Shown piece by piece: positions 19,133-29,344 of a stretch of 64,000 nucleotides of DNA. The stretch's first letter is position 1. Every line of letters starts with the position of its first letter. A program made the position numbers and the translations under genes. The stretch comes from an uncultured Acidobacteriota bacterium (GTDB taxonomy: Bacteria > Acidobacteriota > Polarisedimenticolia > J045), in contig CAVPCQ010000024.1 of assembly GCA_963702425.1 (NCBI GenBank), forward strand, positions 32,001-96,000. Reading direction: 5' to 3'. The notes below the pieces were generated by a model. The model was given only the letters and a program-made list of their open reading frames with translations. It made no database searches and was not told where the DNA came from.

Positions 19133-20482
19133 ATGACCAACGCGTCGCTCTACAGGAGCCACCTCGAAATCCTCGACAAGGTCCTCGCCGACGCGCTCGA
19201 GCGCGCCGGCGCGCGGGGCTTGACGCTGGACGGCGTCCTGTTCCACGCCGGCCGAGCCGAGACCTACCACGTCGACGACATGGAGATCCCGTTCCAGTCG
19301 ACACCGCACTTCCGTCGCTGGGTCCCGCTCGCCGGGCCCGAGCACGTCGTGCTCGCGCGGCCAGGGCGCAAGCCGTTCGTGGTCCGGGTCAACCCGCGCG
19401 ACTACTGGTACGAGGCCGCGCCCGTGCCGCCCTCCTACTGGCAGGAGGCGGTGCAGTTCGCCGAGGTCGCCGACTTCGCCGAGGTCGCCGGTGTGGTCGG
19501 GACGCTCTCGGGCGTCGCCTACGTCGGCAACTCGCCGGCGGCCGCGAGCGAGCTCGGGATCGACGTGACGCTGGTCGAGCCCGAGGCGCTCATGAAGCCG
19601 CTCGACTGGCACCGTGCGTCGAAGACCGCGCACGAGATCGCGCTCGTCGAAGCCGCCGCGCTCAAGGCGGCGGAGGGTCACCGCGTCGGACGCAAGGCGT
19701 TCGAGGGGGGTGCGTCCGAGCGCGAGATCCATTACGCCTACCTGCAGGCCACCGGCCAGCTCGAGCACGAGCTACCGTTCGAGACGATCATCGCGCTCGA
19801 CGCCAAGTCGGCGACGCTGCACTACCACACCAAGCGCGGGCGCGAGGCGGCGCCGGGAAAGGTCTTCCTGCTCGACGCCGGCGCGTCGCACGAAGGGTAC
19901 GCCTCCGATATCACGCGGACCTGGAGCCTGGCCGGCGTGGAGCCGGTCTTCGTCGCGCTGCTGGAGGGGGTCGACGAGCTCGAGCGCGACCTGGTGGCAA
20001 TGGTGGCGCCGGGCCGGCCCTACCTCGAGATCCACCTCGAGGCGCACCGCCGCGTCGCCGCGCTGCTGTCGAAGGTCGGGATCAGCAAGGTCTCGCCGGA
20101 GGAGACGCTGGCACTGGGGATCTCGCGCACCTTCCTGCCGCACGGCGTCGGCCACCAACTGGGGATCCAGGTGCACGACATCGGCGGCAGGCAGGCGGCG
20201 GTCGACGGCGGCCTGCTCGCGCCGCCCTCGGAACACCCCTACCTGCGCAACACGCGCACGCTGGAGCCGGGGCACCTGGTGACGATCGAGCCCGGGCTCT
20301 ACTTCATCCCGATGCTGCTCGAGAAGCTGCGCGAGGGCGCGGCAGGTGCGCGCGTCGACTGGGCCCTGGTCGATCGCCTGACCCCCTTCGGCGGGATCCG
20401 GATCGAAGACGACGTGCTCTGCACGCCGGCTGGCGCGCGCGACCTGACCCGTCCGCTGATCCAGGGGCCGCGCGGCCGGTGA
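19133..20482 (+). CDS. pepQ: Xaa-Pro dipeptidase (prolidase, M24B)
   Basis: LLDAGA..GYASDITRT, PHGVGHQLGIQVHD, TIEPGLYF, GGIRIEDD; AAGGAG RBS. Confidence 0.92.
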   Translation: MTNASLYRSHLEILDKVLADALERAGARGLTLDGVLFHAGRAETYHVDDMEIPFQSTPHFRRWVPLAGPEHVVLARPGRKPFVVRVNPRDYWYEAAPVPPSYWQEAVQFAEVADFAEVAGVVGTLSGVAYVGNSPAAASELGIDVTLVEPEALMKPLDWHRASKTAHEIALVEAAALKAAEGHRVGRKAFEGGASEREIHYAYLQATGQLEHELPFETIIALDAKSATLHYHTKRGREAAPGKVFLLDAGASHEGYASDITRTWSLAGVEPVFVALLEGVDELERDLVAMVAPGRPYLEIHLEAHRRVAALLSKVGISKVSPEETLALGISRTFLPHGVGHQLGIQVHDIGGRQAAVDGGLLAPPSEHPYLRNTRTLEPGHLVTIEPGLYFIPMLLEKLREGAAGARVDWALVDRLTPFGGIRIEDDVLCTPAGARDLTRPLIQGPRGR

Positions 20483-21381
20483 ACGAGGGCTCCGGCCGCG
20501 CCGCGACGCGCTTCGTCGACCGTCGGCCCGGCTCGGCGCTGCTGTGGGTCGTGGCGCTGTTCGTCACCTTCGGCCTCGCCGCCTACCAGCGGCTCACCGG
20601 GCCGACGCACCCCGTGCGCGTCCGGGCCGAGATCGGCGGCGCGCCCGTCACCGGCCAGCTGCCGCGCAGCCATGGCGGCGAGGGGGGCGCGCTCGTCGCG
20701 CTCGTCGCGCCCGATTCCTCGATCGCGGGCGAGCTCGCCTGGCGCCGCTTCCCGACTGCCGAAGCCTGGATCGAGACGCCGCTCGAGCGGCTCGGCGACG
20801 AGCTGGTGGGCGAGCTGCCGCACCAGCCGGCGGCCGGGAAGCTCGAGTACAGCCTGCGCCTCGCGCGCGGGGACGCGACCCGGGTGATCCAGCAGGACGA
20901 CGGCCCGATCGTGATCCGCTTCCGGGGCGAGGTCCCGGCGGCGGTCCTGCTGCCGCACGTCATGGCGATGTTCCTCGGCCTCGTGATCGGCATCCGCGCG
21001 CTGCTCGGCGCGCTCGTCGGCGAGCGCGACCTGGGTCGCCACCTCCCCTGGTTGCTGGTGTTCCTGGTCCCCGGCGGACTGGCCCTGGGGCCGATCGTGC
21101 AGAAGTACGCGTTCGACGCCTACTGGACCGGCTGGCCGTTCGGCGAGGACCTGACCGACAACAAGACGCTGGCCTCGGTCCTGGCGTGGGCCGCCGCGTG
21201 GCTCGTCGCGCGCCGCTGGCCGGACCGCCCGGCCCGGCACCGCCTCGCGGTGCTCGTCGCGGCGCTGGTGATGATCGCGGTCTATCTGATCCCGCACAGC
21301 GCGCGCGGCAGCCAGCTCGACTGGTCGAAGCTGCCTCCGCCCGCCTCGGCGCCTGGCGGCGGGCCGATCAGCCCCCGATGA
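20479..21381 (+). CDS. Hypothetical multi-pass membrane protein
   Basis: YQRLTGPTHP, LPHQPAAGKLEY, GPIVQKYAFDAYWTGWPFGEDLTDNKT, IPHS; GTGA overlap with pepQ. Confidence 0.7.
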   Translation: MNEGSGRAATRFVDRRPGSALLWVVALFVTFGLAAYQRLTGPTHPVRVRAEIGGAPVTGQLPRSHGGEGGALVALVAPDSSIAGELAWRRFPTAEAWIETPLERLGDELVGELPHQPAAGKLEYSLRLARGDATRVIQQDDGPIVIRFRGEVPAAVLLPHVMAMFLGLVIGIRALLGALVGERDLGRHLPWLLVFLVPGGLALGPIVQKYAFDAYWTGWPFGEDLTDNKTLASVLAWAAAWLVARRWPDRPARHRLAVLVAALVMIAVYLIPHSARGSQLDWSKLPPPASAPGGGPISPR

Positions 21382-22435
21382 CGATCCGCTGCGCTTCGTG
21401 CGGCTCGAGTCGCACCGCGGCGCGCGTGATGGCGCGCAGGAAGGTCGCCGATCCGAGCGGCTCGCCGGCCTCGAGCAGCTCGTCGAGCTCGGCGTCGCGT
21501 CCCAGCGCCGCGGCCAGGCGCTCGCGCAGCCGGGCCTCCTGGACGGGATCGAGGGGGGCGCTGCCGTAGAGCAGCCCGAGCGCGTCGAGCAGCACCGCGC
21601 GGTCGTGCGCGATCAGATCCTGGCGGTTGTTCACCAGCTGCATCATCGCCGCCAGGCCGGAGATGTCCTGCCAGAGGCGGATCCCTTCGTCCGGGTCGGC
21701 CTCGACGCCGCATTCCAGCCAGCAGCCGAGTCGCTCGATGACGCGCCGCAGCTGGCAGCGGTCGGCGACGCGCAGCTCGACGAACAGGGCGGAGGCGACC
21801 AGCGACTCCAGCGCCTGTGCCGCCGTCGCCAGCCGTTCCCCGATCCGCTCGCGTTCGGGATCGCCGCCCACGGCGAGAGCCTGCTGCAGCCGGCGATACC
21901 CGGCCCGGATGCGCAGTGCCGACGCGACCTCGTACAGCGCGTCGAGCTGCGTCGGCACCCGTTCGCGCGCGCAGACCGCCGCCTCGAGCGACACCGCTGC
22001 CTTGATCAGCGCGCCGCGGGCGTGGTTGCAGGTGGTCAGGAACTCCCAGAGCTCGGCCTCGTCGTCGCGTCGCAGCATTTCGAGCCGCTGCGACAGGTCG
22101 AGCCGGATCATCCCGCAGGTGTCGAGCAGCTCGCCCTGCCGAGGATCGGCGGCGGTCCCCTCTCCTTCGCCGGCGTCGAACAGCCAGTCGTCGGGCGCGG
22201 GGGTGGCGTCCCTGGCGATCGCCTCCTCCAGCTGCGCCACGTCCTCCAGCGCGACGAGCAGGAGGCGCTCGATCATCGGGCGCACCAGGCGGCGCGCTTC
22301 CTGGGGGTGTTGCGATTCGTAGGGGAAGAGGTCGACGCGGCGCGCGACGCGGGCCAGGCCTCGAACCCGATCGAGGCTGTCCTGGACGCTGTCGGTCGAT
22401 GACGACGGCACTGCCGCGGGCAACAGGGCCCCCAA
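21368..22435 (-). CDS. Hypothetical alpha-helical protein
   Basis: 355-aa ORF with genome-typical codon bias filling the gap before jag; no recognised motif. Confidence 0.6.
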   Translation of the reverse strand: MGALLPAAVPSSSTDSVQDSLDRVRGLARVARRVDLFPYESQHPQEARRLVRPMIERLLLVALEDVAQLEEAIARDATPAPDDWLFDAGEGEGTAADPRQGELLDTCGMIRLDLSQRLEMLRRDDEAELWEFLTTCNHARGALIKAAVSLEAAVCARERVPTQLDALYEVASALRIRAGYRRLQQALAVGGDPERERIGERLATAAQALESLVASALFVELRVADRCQLRRVIERLGCWLECGVEADPDEGIRLWQDISGLAAMMQLVNNRQDLIAHDRAVLLDALGLLYGSAPLDPVQEARLRERLAAALGRDAELDELLEAGEPLGSATFLRAITRAAVRLEPHEAQRIVIGG

Positions 22436-22510
22436 GGTGCTTCCCCCCCGGGGAACTTAGTGACCCCGGGGAAGGCGGGGCAAGCCGAAGCGGCGGGCCG
22501 GGGGCCCGGC

Positions 22511-23479
22511 CTACTCTTCGCCGGCCGTCCCCTCCGCCCCGTGGTCATCGGCATCGGCCTCGTCGCTTCCGGCCGGAGCCACGTGGAGCCGCCGGTGGTA
22601 GCCGCTCCCGGTGGAGAAGGTCTTGATCCCCTCGGTCTGGGCCAGGGTCACGTGGATCAGGCGCCGCTCGTAGGGCCCCATCGCCGGCAGCTTTCGCGCC
22701 TGACCGCTGGCCAGGACCTCCCGCGCGATCTCGCGGGCACTCTCGACGAGCTTGGCCTCGCTCCGCGCGCGCCAGCCGCCGGCGTCGAACGAGACCCGCC
22801 CCTGCACCCGCCCGTCCTTCTGGAGCGCGCGGTTGGCGAGGTACTGGAGCGCTTCGAGCCCCTCGCCGTCCGACTCGAGCAAGAGGGGGACGTCCTCTCC
22901 GACCAGGCGCACCCGGAGCCCGACTTCGTCCTGGTCGATCCCCTCGACGGTCAGGTCGAGTCCGAGTCCGGCGACAAACCCGCGCGCCACGTGCTCGAGC
23001 AGCGGCGCGACCTCGGTCACTTCGGGCCCCGGGAAAAGGGGCGGAAGCTCGACCGGCTCGCCGTCGGGGGCCCGAGGGCCGGCCGGGCGGCGGTCCGGTT
23101 CCCACTCGCGATCGCCGCGGTCGCGCGGGCCGCGGTCGCCGCCGGCGCTCGGGCCCCGGTCGCCGCGGTCGCGCGGTCCCCGGTCGCCGCGGTCCCGGCC
23201 GCCGCGGTCGCCGCGGTCCCTCCCCCCGGGGCCGCCGCGCCCGCCCCGGTCGCGATCCCCGCGGCCGCCGCGCTCGATCGGCGGCGGCGGGGGCGGCGCG
23301 CCCGGGTTGGGCCAGGCGTCGATTTCAAACAGGCCCGCTTCCGCCCCCATCAGGCCCGGCTTCGGCTTCGCGATCACCTCGAACGCGACCTCGTGGCGGG
23401 GCAGGCCGAACCGGGCCCGCGCCGCGGCGAGGGCCTCGGTCAGGTCGCGGCCGGTGAATCGAACGCGCTCTTCGCTCAC
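22511..23479 (-). CDS. jag: Jag/EloR (KhpB) RNA-binding protein (Jag_N-KH-R3H)
   Basis: FTGRDLTEAL, GEGLEALQYL, MGPYERRLIH (R3H), STGSG..RR; downstream of yidC. Confidence 0.9.
   Translation of the reverse strand: MSEERVRFTGRDLTEALAAARARFGLPRHEVAFEVIAKPKPGLMGAEAGLFEIDAWPNPGAPPPPPPIERGGRGDRDRGGRGGPGGRDRGDRGGRDRGDRGPRDRGDRGPSAGGDRGPRDRGDREWEPDRRPAGPRAPDGEPVELPPLFPGPEVTEVAPLLEHVARGFVAGLGLDLTVEGIDQDEVGLRVRLVGEDVPLLLESDGEGLEALQYLANRALQKDGRVQGRVSFDAGGWRARSEAKLVESAREIAREVLASGQARKLPAMGPYERRLIHVTLAQTEGIKTFSTGSGYHRRLHVAPAGSDEADADDHGAEGTAGEE
23100..23285 (-). repeat. Low-complexity RDRGDRG(P/G) peptide repeats within jag
   Basis: Repeated CGCCGCGGTCGCG-type units encoding GDRGGRDRGDRGPRDRGDRGP. Confidence 0.7.
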
Positions 23480-23499
23480 GGTCTTCTCCCTCCCGCCGC

Positions 23500-25287
23500 T
23501 CAGCGCGCGCGCGCGCCCGCGGGGGCGGCGGCCGGCGGCGGCGCGTCGGCGTGGCGGTTGATGAAGTACTGCTGGACGATTCCCAGCACGTTGCTGACCA
23601 GCCAGTAGAGAACGAGGCCGGCCGGCATGTACATGAAGAACCAGGTAAAGACAACCGGCATGATCAGCATCATGCGCTGCTGGGCGCGCTGCTGCGGGTC
23701 CTCGGTCTTCGTCATCGTCATGATCTGCTGCAGGAGCTGCGTCGCGCCCATCACGACCGGCAGGACGAAGTAGGGGTCGCGCGCCGACAGGTCGTGGATC
23801 CAGCCGAACCAGGGCGCGCCGCGCAGCTCCACGCTGACGGTCAGCAGCGAGTACATCGCGAGCATGACGGGGAACTGCAGCAACAGCGGGAGGCAGCCCG
23901 TGAGCGAGGCCATCGGGTTGACCCCCTCGCGCTTATACAGCTCCATCATCTCTTCGTTCATCTTCTTCCGCGACTCCATGTCGCGGGAGTCCTTGTACTT
24001 CTCCTTGATCTTGTGGATCTTCGGTTGGACGCGCGCCATGTCCTGCTGCGTCTTCCGCATCTTCACCATCGAGCGGTGCATCAGCGGGAAGAAGGCGAGC
24101 CGGATCAGGACCGAGAGGGCGATGATCGTCCAGCCCCAGTTGCCGATCAGCCCGTGCAGCCACTCCATTCCGACGTAGAGCGGCCGCGCGAGCCAGCCCC
24201 AGAAGCCCCACTGGATCAGGCCGGTGAGCGAGACGCCGAGCGCCGCGTCGACCTTCTGGAGCACCGGGCTCGACTTCGGGCCGACGAAGAGGGTCAGCGC
24301 GGGGCTGGCGCTGCCGATCATCAGCTGCCGCTCCTGTCCCTTGGCGGCGTTGGGGATCGGGAACGGGCGCATCTCGAACGCGGACGGCTCGACCGGCACC
24401 ATCGCGACCGCGAAGTACTGCTCCTCGAGCGCCAACCAGTGCGGCCCGAGCCCGGCCTGCCAGGCCACCGCGGACTCCTGCTTGGCCGGATTGAACGACT
24501 TGATTCCGTCGGCGAGCGCCGCGACGACCAGCCCGCGGTAGGCGTACTGGTTGCTGTGCGCGACGTCCAGGGCGGCGCCGACGCCCGGCCCCCAGGTGAT
24601 CATCGCCTGGGGTACCGGCTTCCCGTCGCGAGTCAGGCTCCACTCGACGCGCACCAGGAAGAGGTCGTTGCCCGGAATCCAGAGCGACTTCGCAACCTCG
24701 AGTCCCGCCCCGTCGGCCCAGCGGAACGAGACCCGCTGGGTCTCGGGAGGAAGCCCGCGAGTGGACAGCTCCTCCGCGGTCGGTACGCCGCGCTCCACGA
24801 CGTACCACGGGTCGTTGATCTGCTTGAAGAGCAGCGGGTCGTGGGGGTCGATCGTCAACGGGTTGTGGTCGAGGGCCCGCGACTCGCTCGAGACGAGGTC
24901 GACGAACCCCTTGGAGGCGTCACCCGGCACCTTCTCGTAGCCGGGCAGTTTCCAGGAGACGACCTTCGCCCCGCGCGCGGTGAGCGCGATCTCGTGCTGC
25001 GCGGTCCGGATCTCGATCAGCGGCTGGTTCTCGGCCCCGACGACCGCCGCGCCGAAGCTGCCGGGCTGCGCGGGAGAGAGCGAGGCCTCCCTGCCGGGCG
25101 GCGTGGCCGCCGGCGCGGCAGCCGCCGCGGAACCGTCCGCGGCGGGCGCGGCCGGCGTTGCGCTGGCGGCTGACGGGGCGGTGACCGGGACCGGTTTCGG
25201 GCTGGGGAAGAAGTACTGCCACCCGAAGAGGATCAGGATCGAGATCGCCACCGCGGCGATGGTGCGAATCGTCGTGTCACGGTCCAT
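23500..25287 (-). CDS. yidC: Membrane protein insertase YidC
   Basis: [48 protein letters not shown]. Confidence 0.95.
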   Translation of the reverse strand: MDRDTTIRTIAAVAISILILFGWQYFFPSPKPVPVTAPSAASATPAAPAADGSAAAAAPAATPPGREASLSPAQPGSFGAAVVGAENQPLIEIRTAQHEIALTARGAKVVSWKLPGYEKVPGDASKGFVDLVSSESRALDHNPLTIDPHDPLLFKQINDPWYVVERGVPTAEELSTRGLPPETQRVSFRWADGAGLEVAKSLWIPGNDLFLVRVEWSLTRDGKPVPQAMITWGPGVGAALDVAHSNQYAYRGLVVAALADGIKSFNPAKQESAVAWQAGLGPHWLALEEQYFAVAMVPVEPSAFEMRPFPIPNAAKGQERQLMIGSASPALTLFVGPKSSPVLQKVDAALGVSLTGLIQWGFWGWLARPLYVGMEWLHGLIGNWGWTIIALSVLIRLAFFPLMHRSMVKMRKTQQDMARVQPKIHKIKEKYKDSRDMESRKKMNEEMMELYKREGVNPMASLTGCLPLLLQFPVMLAMYSLLTVSVELRGAPWFGWIHDLSARDPYFVLPVVMGATQLLQQIMTMTKTEDPQQRAQQRMMLIMPVVFTWFFMYMPAGLVLYWLVSNVLGIVQQYFINRHADAPPPAAAPAGARAR

Positions 25288-25555
25288 CGGTCAATCCAGC
25301 CGAGCGGGAGTCGGCGAGGGCAGCTGCGGAAGGGGCGTGTCGCCGGGGCGGCAGGTCGAGGCCCGCCTCGGCGAAGGGGTGGCAGCGCGCGAGGCGGCAC
25401 GCGGCGAGCCAGGCGCCGCGCAACGCACCCCACTCCGTCAGCGCCATGACCGCGTATTCCGAGCACGAGGGAAGAAAGCGGCAGTGCGCCCCGAGCAGGG
25501 GCGAGAGCGTGCGCTGGTACAGCCGCACGAGGGCGATCAGCAGGCGGGCGGGCAC
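25277..25555 (-). CDS. yidD: Membrane protein insertion efficiency factor YidD
   Basis: [28 protein letters not shown]. Confidence 0.9.
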   Translation of the reverse strand: MPARLLIALVRLYQRTLSPLLGAHCRFLPSCSEYAVMALTEWGALRGAWLAACRLARCHPFAEAGLDLPPRRHAPSAAALADSRSAGLTDGP

Positions 25556-25938
25556 GGAGGGCCTTCCTGGCCGGGCCGGGGCTCGAGCCGCCGGCGGACG
25601 CGGCCCACCAGCGCGACGAATTCGCCTTCGATCACGGGGAACTTCGACCCGACGGCCGCCTGCCGGATGTTGACCACCATGTCCCACCGGCCCACCAGCT
25701 CGCGGTGGCGCCGGAACGCCTCGCGCACCAGGCGGCGCAGGCGGTTCCGAACGACCGAGCCGCCGACCTTCCGGGTCGCGGTCAGGCCCAGGCGCGGACC
25801 GTTCTCCTCGCGGGGCAGCGCAAACAGGACGAGCCGCGACCCGGCCACGCGCGCGCCGGACTCGTACACCTTCTGGAACTCGGACCGCTTGCGGAGCCGA
25901 CAGGTGCGGGGGAAGCCGTCCCGGCCTCCGCGGCTCAG
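25537..25938 (-). CDS. rnpA: Ribonuclease P protein component
   Basis: [37 protein letters not shown]; start uncertain (in-frame CTG overlapping the rpmH stop). Confidence 0.88.
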   Translation of the reverse strand: MSRGGRDGFPRTCRLRKRSEFQKVYESGARVAGSRLVLFALPREENGPRLGLTATRKVGGSVVRNRLRRLVREAFRRHRELVGRWDMVVNIRQAAVGSKFPVIEGEFVALVGRVRRRLEPRPGQEGPPCPPAC

Positions 25939-26069
25939 ACGGTCAGACGCTTGCGGCCCTTGCGGCGCCGCCGCTTCAGCACGAGGCGGCCGCCGGAGGT
26001 CTTCATCCGCTGGCGGAAACCGTGGACCTTCTTCCGCTTCCGGTTGTTGGGCTGGAACGTTCGCTTCAT
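25935..26069 (-). CDS. rpmH: 50S ribosomal protein L34
   Basis: Manual translation [44 protein letters not shown]. Confidence 0.96.
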   Translation of the reverse strand: MKRTFQPNNRKRKKVHGFRQRMKTSGGRLVLKRRRRKGRKRLTV

Positions 26070-26416
26070 CGCGCAAGCCTCTCACCTCGACCGCCGCACG
26101 GAGTATCACCGCCGGACGGTGATCGCAGGGACCCTCCGCCCTCGGCGCGCCGGGCGCCGTCCGCAGGGGGCCGCAGAACAAGCGAGGTAGGTTATGGGGA
26201 GCCCCCGAGGCTGTCAACCGTCGCCGGTTCCCGCGCGGCCGGCTGGGGATCCGCCCGGAAGTCGTTGACCCGAGTGGGCTACCCGGGAACCGATCGGACA
26301 CCCTTGCCGCGGCGAGCGATCCGGTGCTACCTTCCGCGCCTCGTTCCAGGGGTCTTCGTCGACAATGTGAAGTCCGTCCCTCCCGGCCACCCGCCGCGGG
26401 ACGGGTTGGCCAAGGG

Positions 26417-26593
26417 TGTGGGGGAGCTGTGGACCGCGACCGGCATTCGCGCCTGGTCCGTCTTTCTAGGTCCAAGAAAAAAAAGGACTTACAGATCTCT
26501 TCGGCTCGTCGCTGCCTGTGGAAATCCTGTGCTTCGTCCGCGCTCCCCGGCACCCTAGAAGCCTGTTCTGGAGAGGGTTACCCCTGTGGATAA
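26417..26593. promoter_or_regulatory. DnaA-box cluster upstream of dnaA
   Basis: TGTGGACCG (26428), TGTGGAAAT (26517), perfect TGTGGATAA (26585-26593), and an A-tract near 26477. Confidence 0.7.
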
Positions 26594-27959
26594 CCGGCCC
26601 GCCGACCCTGTGCAGCCCTCGGCGTGGGACGCCGTCCGCGCCCTCGTCCGAGAGCAGATCGCGGAGGGGGTCTTCGAGACCTGGTTCGGCCCGACGCGCG
26701 CCCTTCCCACCCTGGGAACGACGCTGCGGGTCGGGGTCCCGAACGAGATGTTCGCGGAATGGCTGCGCTCGCAGTACCTGGCCCTGATCCGCAGCACGAT
26801 GAACCGGGCCGGGCTCGGCCACCTCCAGCTCGAGTTCGTCCCCCCCGTCGCCTCCGTGCCGGGCGCGGCCGCGGGACGGACGGACGGCGCCGGGCTGGCG
26901 CCCCCCGTCGCTTCAGCCGCCGCGCGACCGGGGGGAGCGGAGGCGCCGCGCCTGAACCCTCGCTACTCGTTCGACGGCTTCGTCGTTTCGTCATGCAACC
27001 AGTTTGCTCACGCCGCGTCGCTGGCGGTCTGCGACCAGCCAGGCCGGGCCTACAACCCGCTCTTCCTCTATGGCGGGGTCGGACTCGGCAAGACCCACCT
27101 GATGCAGGCGCTCGGCAACCGGCTGCTGGTCGAGCGGCCCGAGGTGAAGCTGCGCTACCTGACCTCCGAGCAGTTCATGAACGAACTGATCGCGGCGATC
27201 CGCTTCGAGGAGACCTCCCGCTTCCGCGACCGCTACCGCCAGCTCGACGTCCTGCTGGTCGATGACATCCAGTTCCTGGCCGGCAAGGAGAGCACGCAGG
27301 AGGAGTTCTTCCACACTTTCAACGCGCTCCACGACGCCGGCCGCCAGATCGTCCTGGCCTCCGACTGCCCGCCGCGCTCGATTCCGGGTCTCGAAGAGCG
27401 GCTGCGGAGCCGCTTCGAGTGGGGCCTGCTGGCCGACATCCAGCCGCCCGACCTGGAGACCAAGGTCGCGATCGTCAACAAGATGGCTGCCGCGCGCGGT
27501 TGGAACGTCCCGTCCGACGTCGCGCTGTTCATCGCCAGCAGCATCCACTCCAACGTGCGCGAGCTCGAAGGGGCCCTGACGACCCTGATGGCCTCCTCCT
27601 CGATCCGCCGACAGCCGCCCGACCTTTCCCTGGCCCGCGAGGTGATCCGCACCCTGATCCCGACACAGCGCGAGGAAGTCACGCTGGAGACGGTGATGCG
27701 GGTGGTCGCTCGCCACTTCAACCTGAAGGTGCCGGAACTGAAGTCGCGCACCAACGCGGCCAAGATCTCCTACCCTCGCCAGATCGCGATGTACCTCGGT
27801 AAGAAGCTTGCCGGGGAGAGCCTGCCGTCGATCGGCCTCGCGTTCGGTGGCAAGCACCACACGACCGTGCTCCACGCGGTGCGCAAGATCGAACTGCTGC
27901 GATCGACCGACCCGGGGACCGAGAGGACGCTTCACGCGATCGAGGAGCAGCTGCGATGA
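26586..27959 (+). CDS. dnaA: Chromosomal replication initiator DnaA
   Basis: YNPLFLYGGVGLGKTHL, LLVDDIQFL, QEEFFHTFN, RLRSRFEWGL, GGKHHTTVLHA. Confidence 0.98.
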   Translation: MDNRPADPVQPSAWDAVRALVREQIAEGVFETWFGPTRALPTLGTTLRVGVPNEMFAEWLRSQYLALIRSTMNRAGLGHLQLEFVPPVASVPGAAAGRTDGAGLAPPVASAAARPGGAEAPRLNPRYSFDGFVVSSCNQFAHAASLAVCDQPGRAYNPLFLYGGVGLGKTHLMQALGNRLLVERPEVKLRYLTSEQFMNELIAAIRFEETSRFRDRYRQLDVLLVDDIQFLAGKESTQEEFFHTFNALHDAGRQIVLASDCPPRSIPGLEERLRSRFEWGLLADIQPPDLETKVAIVNKMAAARGWNVPSDVALFIASSIHSNVRELEGALTTLMASSSIRRQPPDLSLAREVIRTLIPTQREEVTLETVMRVVARHFNLKVPELKSRTNAAKISYPRQIAMYLGKKLAGESLPSIGLAFGGKHHTTVLHAVRKIELLRSTDPGTERTLHAIEEQLR

Positions 27960-28221
27960 GCCGCGGTTCCACACCGTCCACAGCCCTGTGCAACGGCGTC
28001 CTGTGGATGGGACGCGGCCCGGGGCGACGGAGCGCTCATCCCTCCTCCCATCCACGTTCCGGTCCTGAAGGCTCCACTCTCCCGGCCCCGGTCAACCCTG
28101 CGGTTCCCGCCCAGAAGAGGGTTTTCCCACGCTTTTCACACCCCTACTGCTACGGCTATGAAGATTCAGTCCATTATTTCGATGTTCTTTCTTGCCTCCC
28201 CGCGGCGCCGAGGACCCAGCA
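27960..28221. other. oriC: DnaA boxes, DnaA-trios and AT-rich unwinding region
   Basis: Degenerate boxes (GTTCCACA, GTCCACA, TGTGCAA, TGTGGAT), tandem TTTCCCACG/CTTTTCACA at 28123-28140, a CCCC spacer, CTACTGCTACGGCTATG trios, then an AT-rich tract. Confidence 0.75.
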
Positions 28222-29338
28222 ATGAAGTTCTCTCTCGACCAGGCCTCCTTCATGCGCGAGATCGCCCTCCTGCAGGGCGTGATCGAGAAGAAGTCGACGT
28301 TCCCGATCCTCCATCACGTGCTGCTGACGGCGACGGAGGAAGGACGGGTGACGATGGTCGCGACCGATCTCGAGGTCGGCTTCCGGTCCGAGGTGGCGGC
28401 GACGGTGACAACCCCCGGGAGAGCCGCGGTTCCCGCGCGCCGGCTGTACGAGGTTCTGCGCCGCCTGCCGTCGGGAACACTGCTCCTGCGGCTCGACGGG
28501 AACGCGTTTCACATCGAGTGCGAGCGGATCAAGTACAAGCTGACGACCCAGGACCCGGACCAGTTTCCGGCGGTGAGGACGCGCGAAGGGAGCCCCCAGG
28601 CGGTGGTCGCTTCGGACCTGCTGGCGGAGATGATCAAGATGATTCTCTTCGCGATCACGACCGACGACCCGCGCTACACGCTTGGTGGAGCGCAGTGGGA
28701 GTTCTCCGAGGACCAGCTGACGATGGTCGCGACCGACGGGCATCGGCTGTCGATTTCCAGCGCGTCCCGCACAGCAGGTAGGAAAGGACTTCCCGGTCGT
28801 CCTGGTGCCGAGGACTGCGCTGCGCGAGTTGCAGCGGCTGGCGGCGGATCACGAGGGAGACGTTTACCTCTGGGCCAACGCGGGTAGCCTGATCGCGCTC
28901 GTCGGACACCGTGAGATCACGACGACGCTGCAGGAGAACCACCGCTTCCCCGACTACCGGCGCGTGATCCCGCAGAACAACGACAAGATCTTCGAGATCG
29001 GCACCCAGGTGATGCGCGACGCGATCGACCGAGCATCGGTGCTGCGCGACGAGGAGACGAAGCTCGTCCGAATCGAGCTGAAGAAGGAACTCCTCAGGGT
29101 GCTCGCCGTGAACGACAAGTTCGGGTCGGCGCAGGAAGACGTGAGCCTGAACTACACCGGCGGCGAGATCGAGATCGGCTTCAACGCTCAGTACCTGCTC
29201 GACTTCCTGAACAACGTCGGGACCGAGCAGGTCCGCGTTCTCCTGGGCGAGTCGATGGGGCAGGGGCTGTTCGAGCCGGTCCGACCGGCCGAGGACCGGC
29301 GGCACGATCGCTACGTCGTGATGCCGATGGCACTGTAG
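28222..29338 (+). CDS. dnaN: DNA polymerase III beta clamp; frameshift near 28790
   Basis: ATDLEV and VATDGHRL in the first frame; FPDYRRVIP, IGFNAQYLLD, YVVMPM in the +1 frame. Confidence 0.93.
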
Positions 29339-29344
29339 TTCCCC

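Noticed and set aside
23100-23285. Tandem repeats as a possible CRISPR array or DNA-level element
   Set aside because: They are in frame within jag, have no unique spacers and no cas genes are present.
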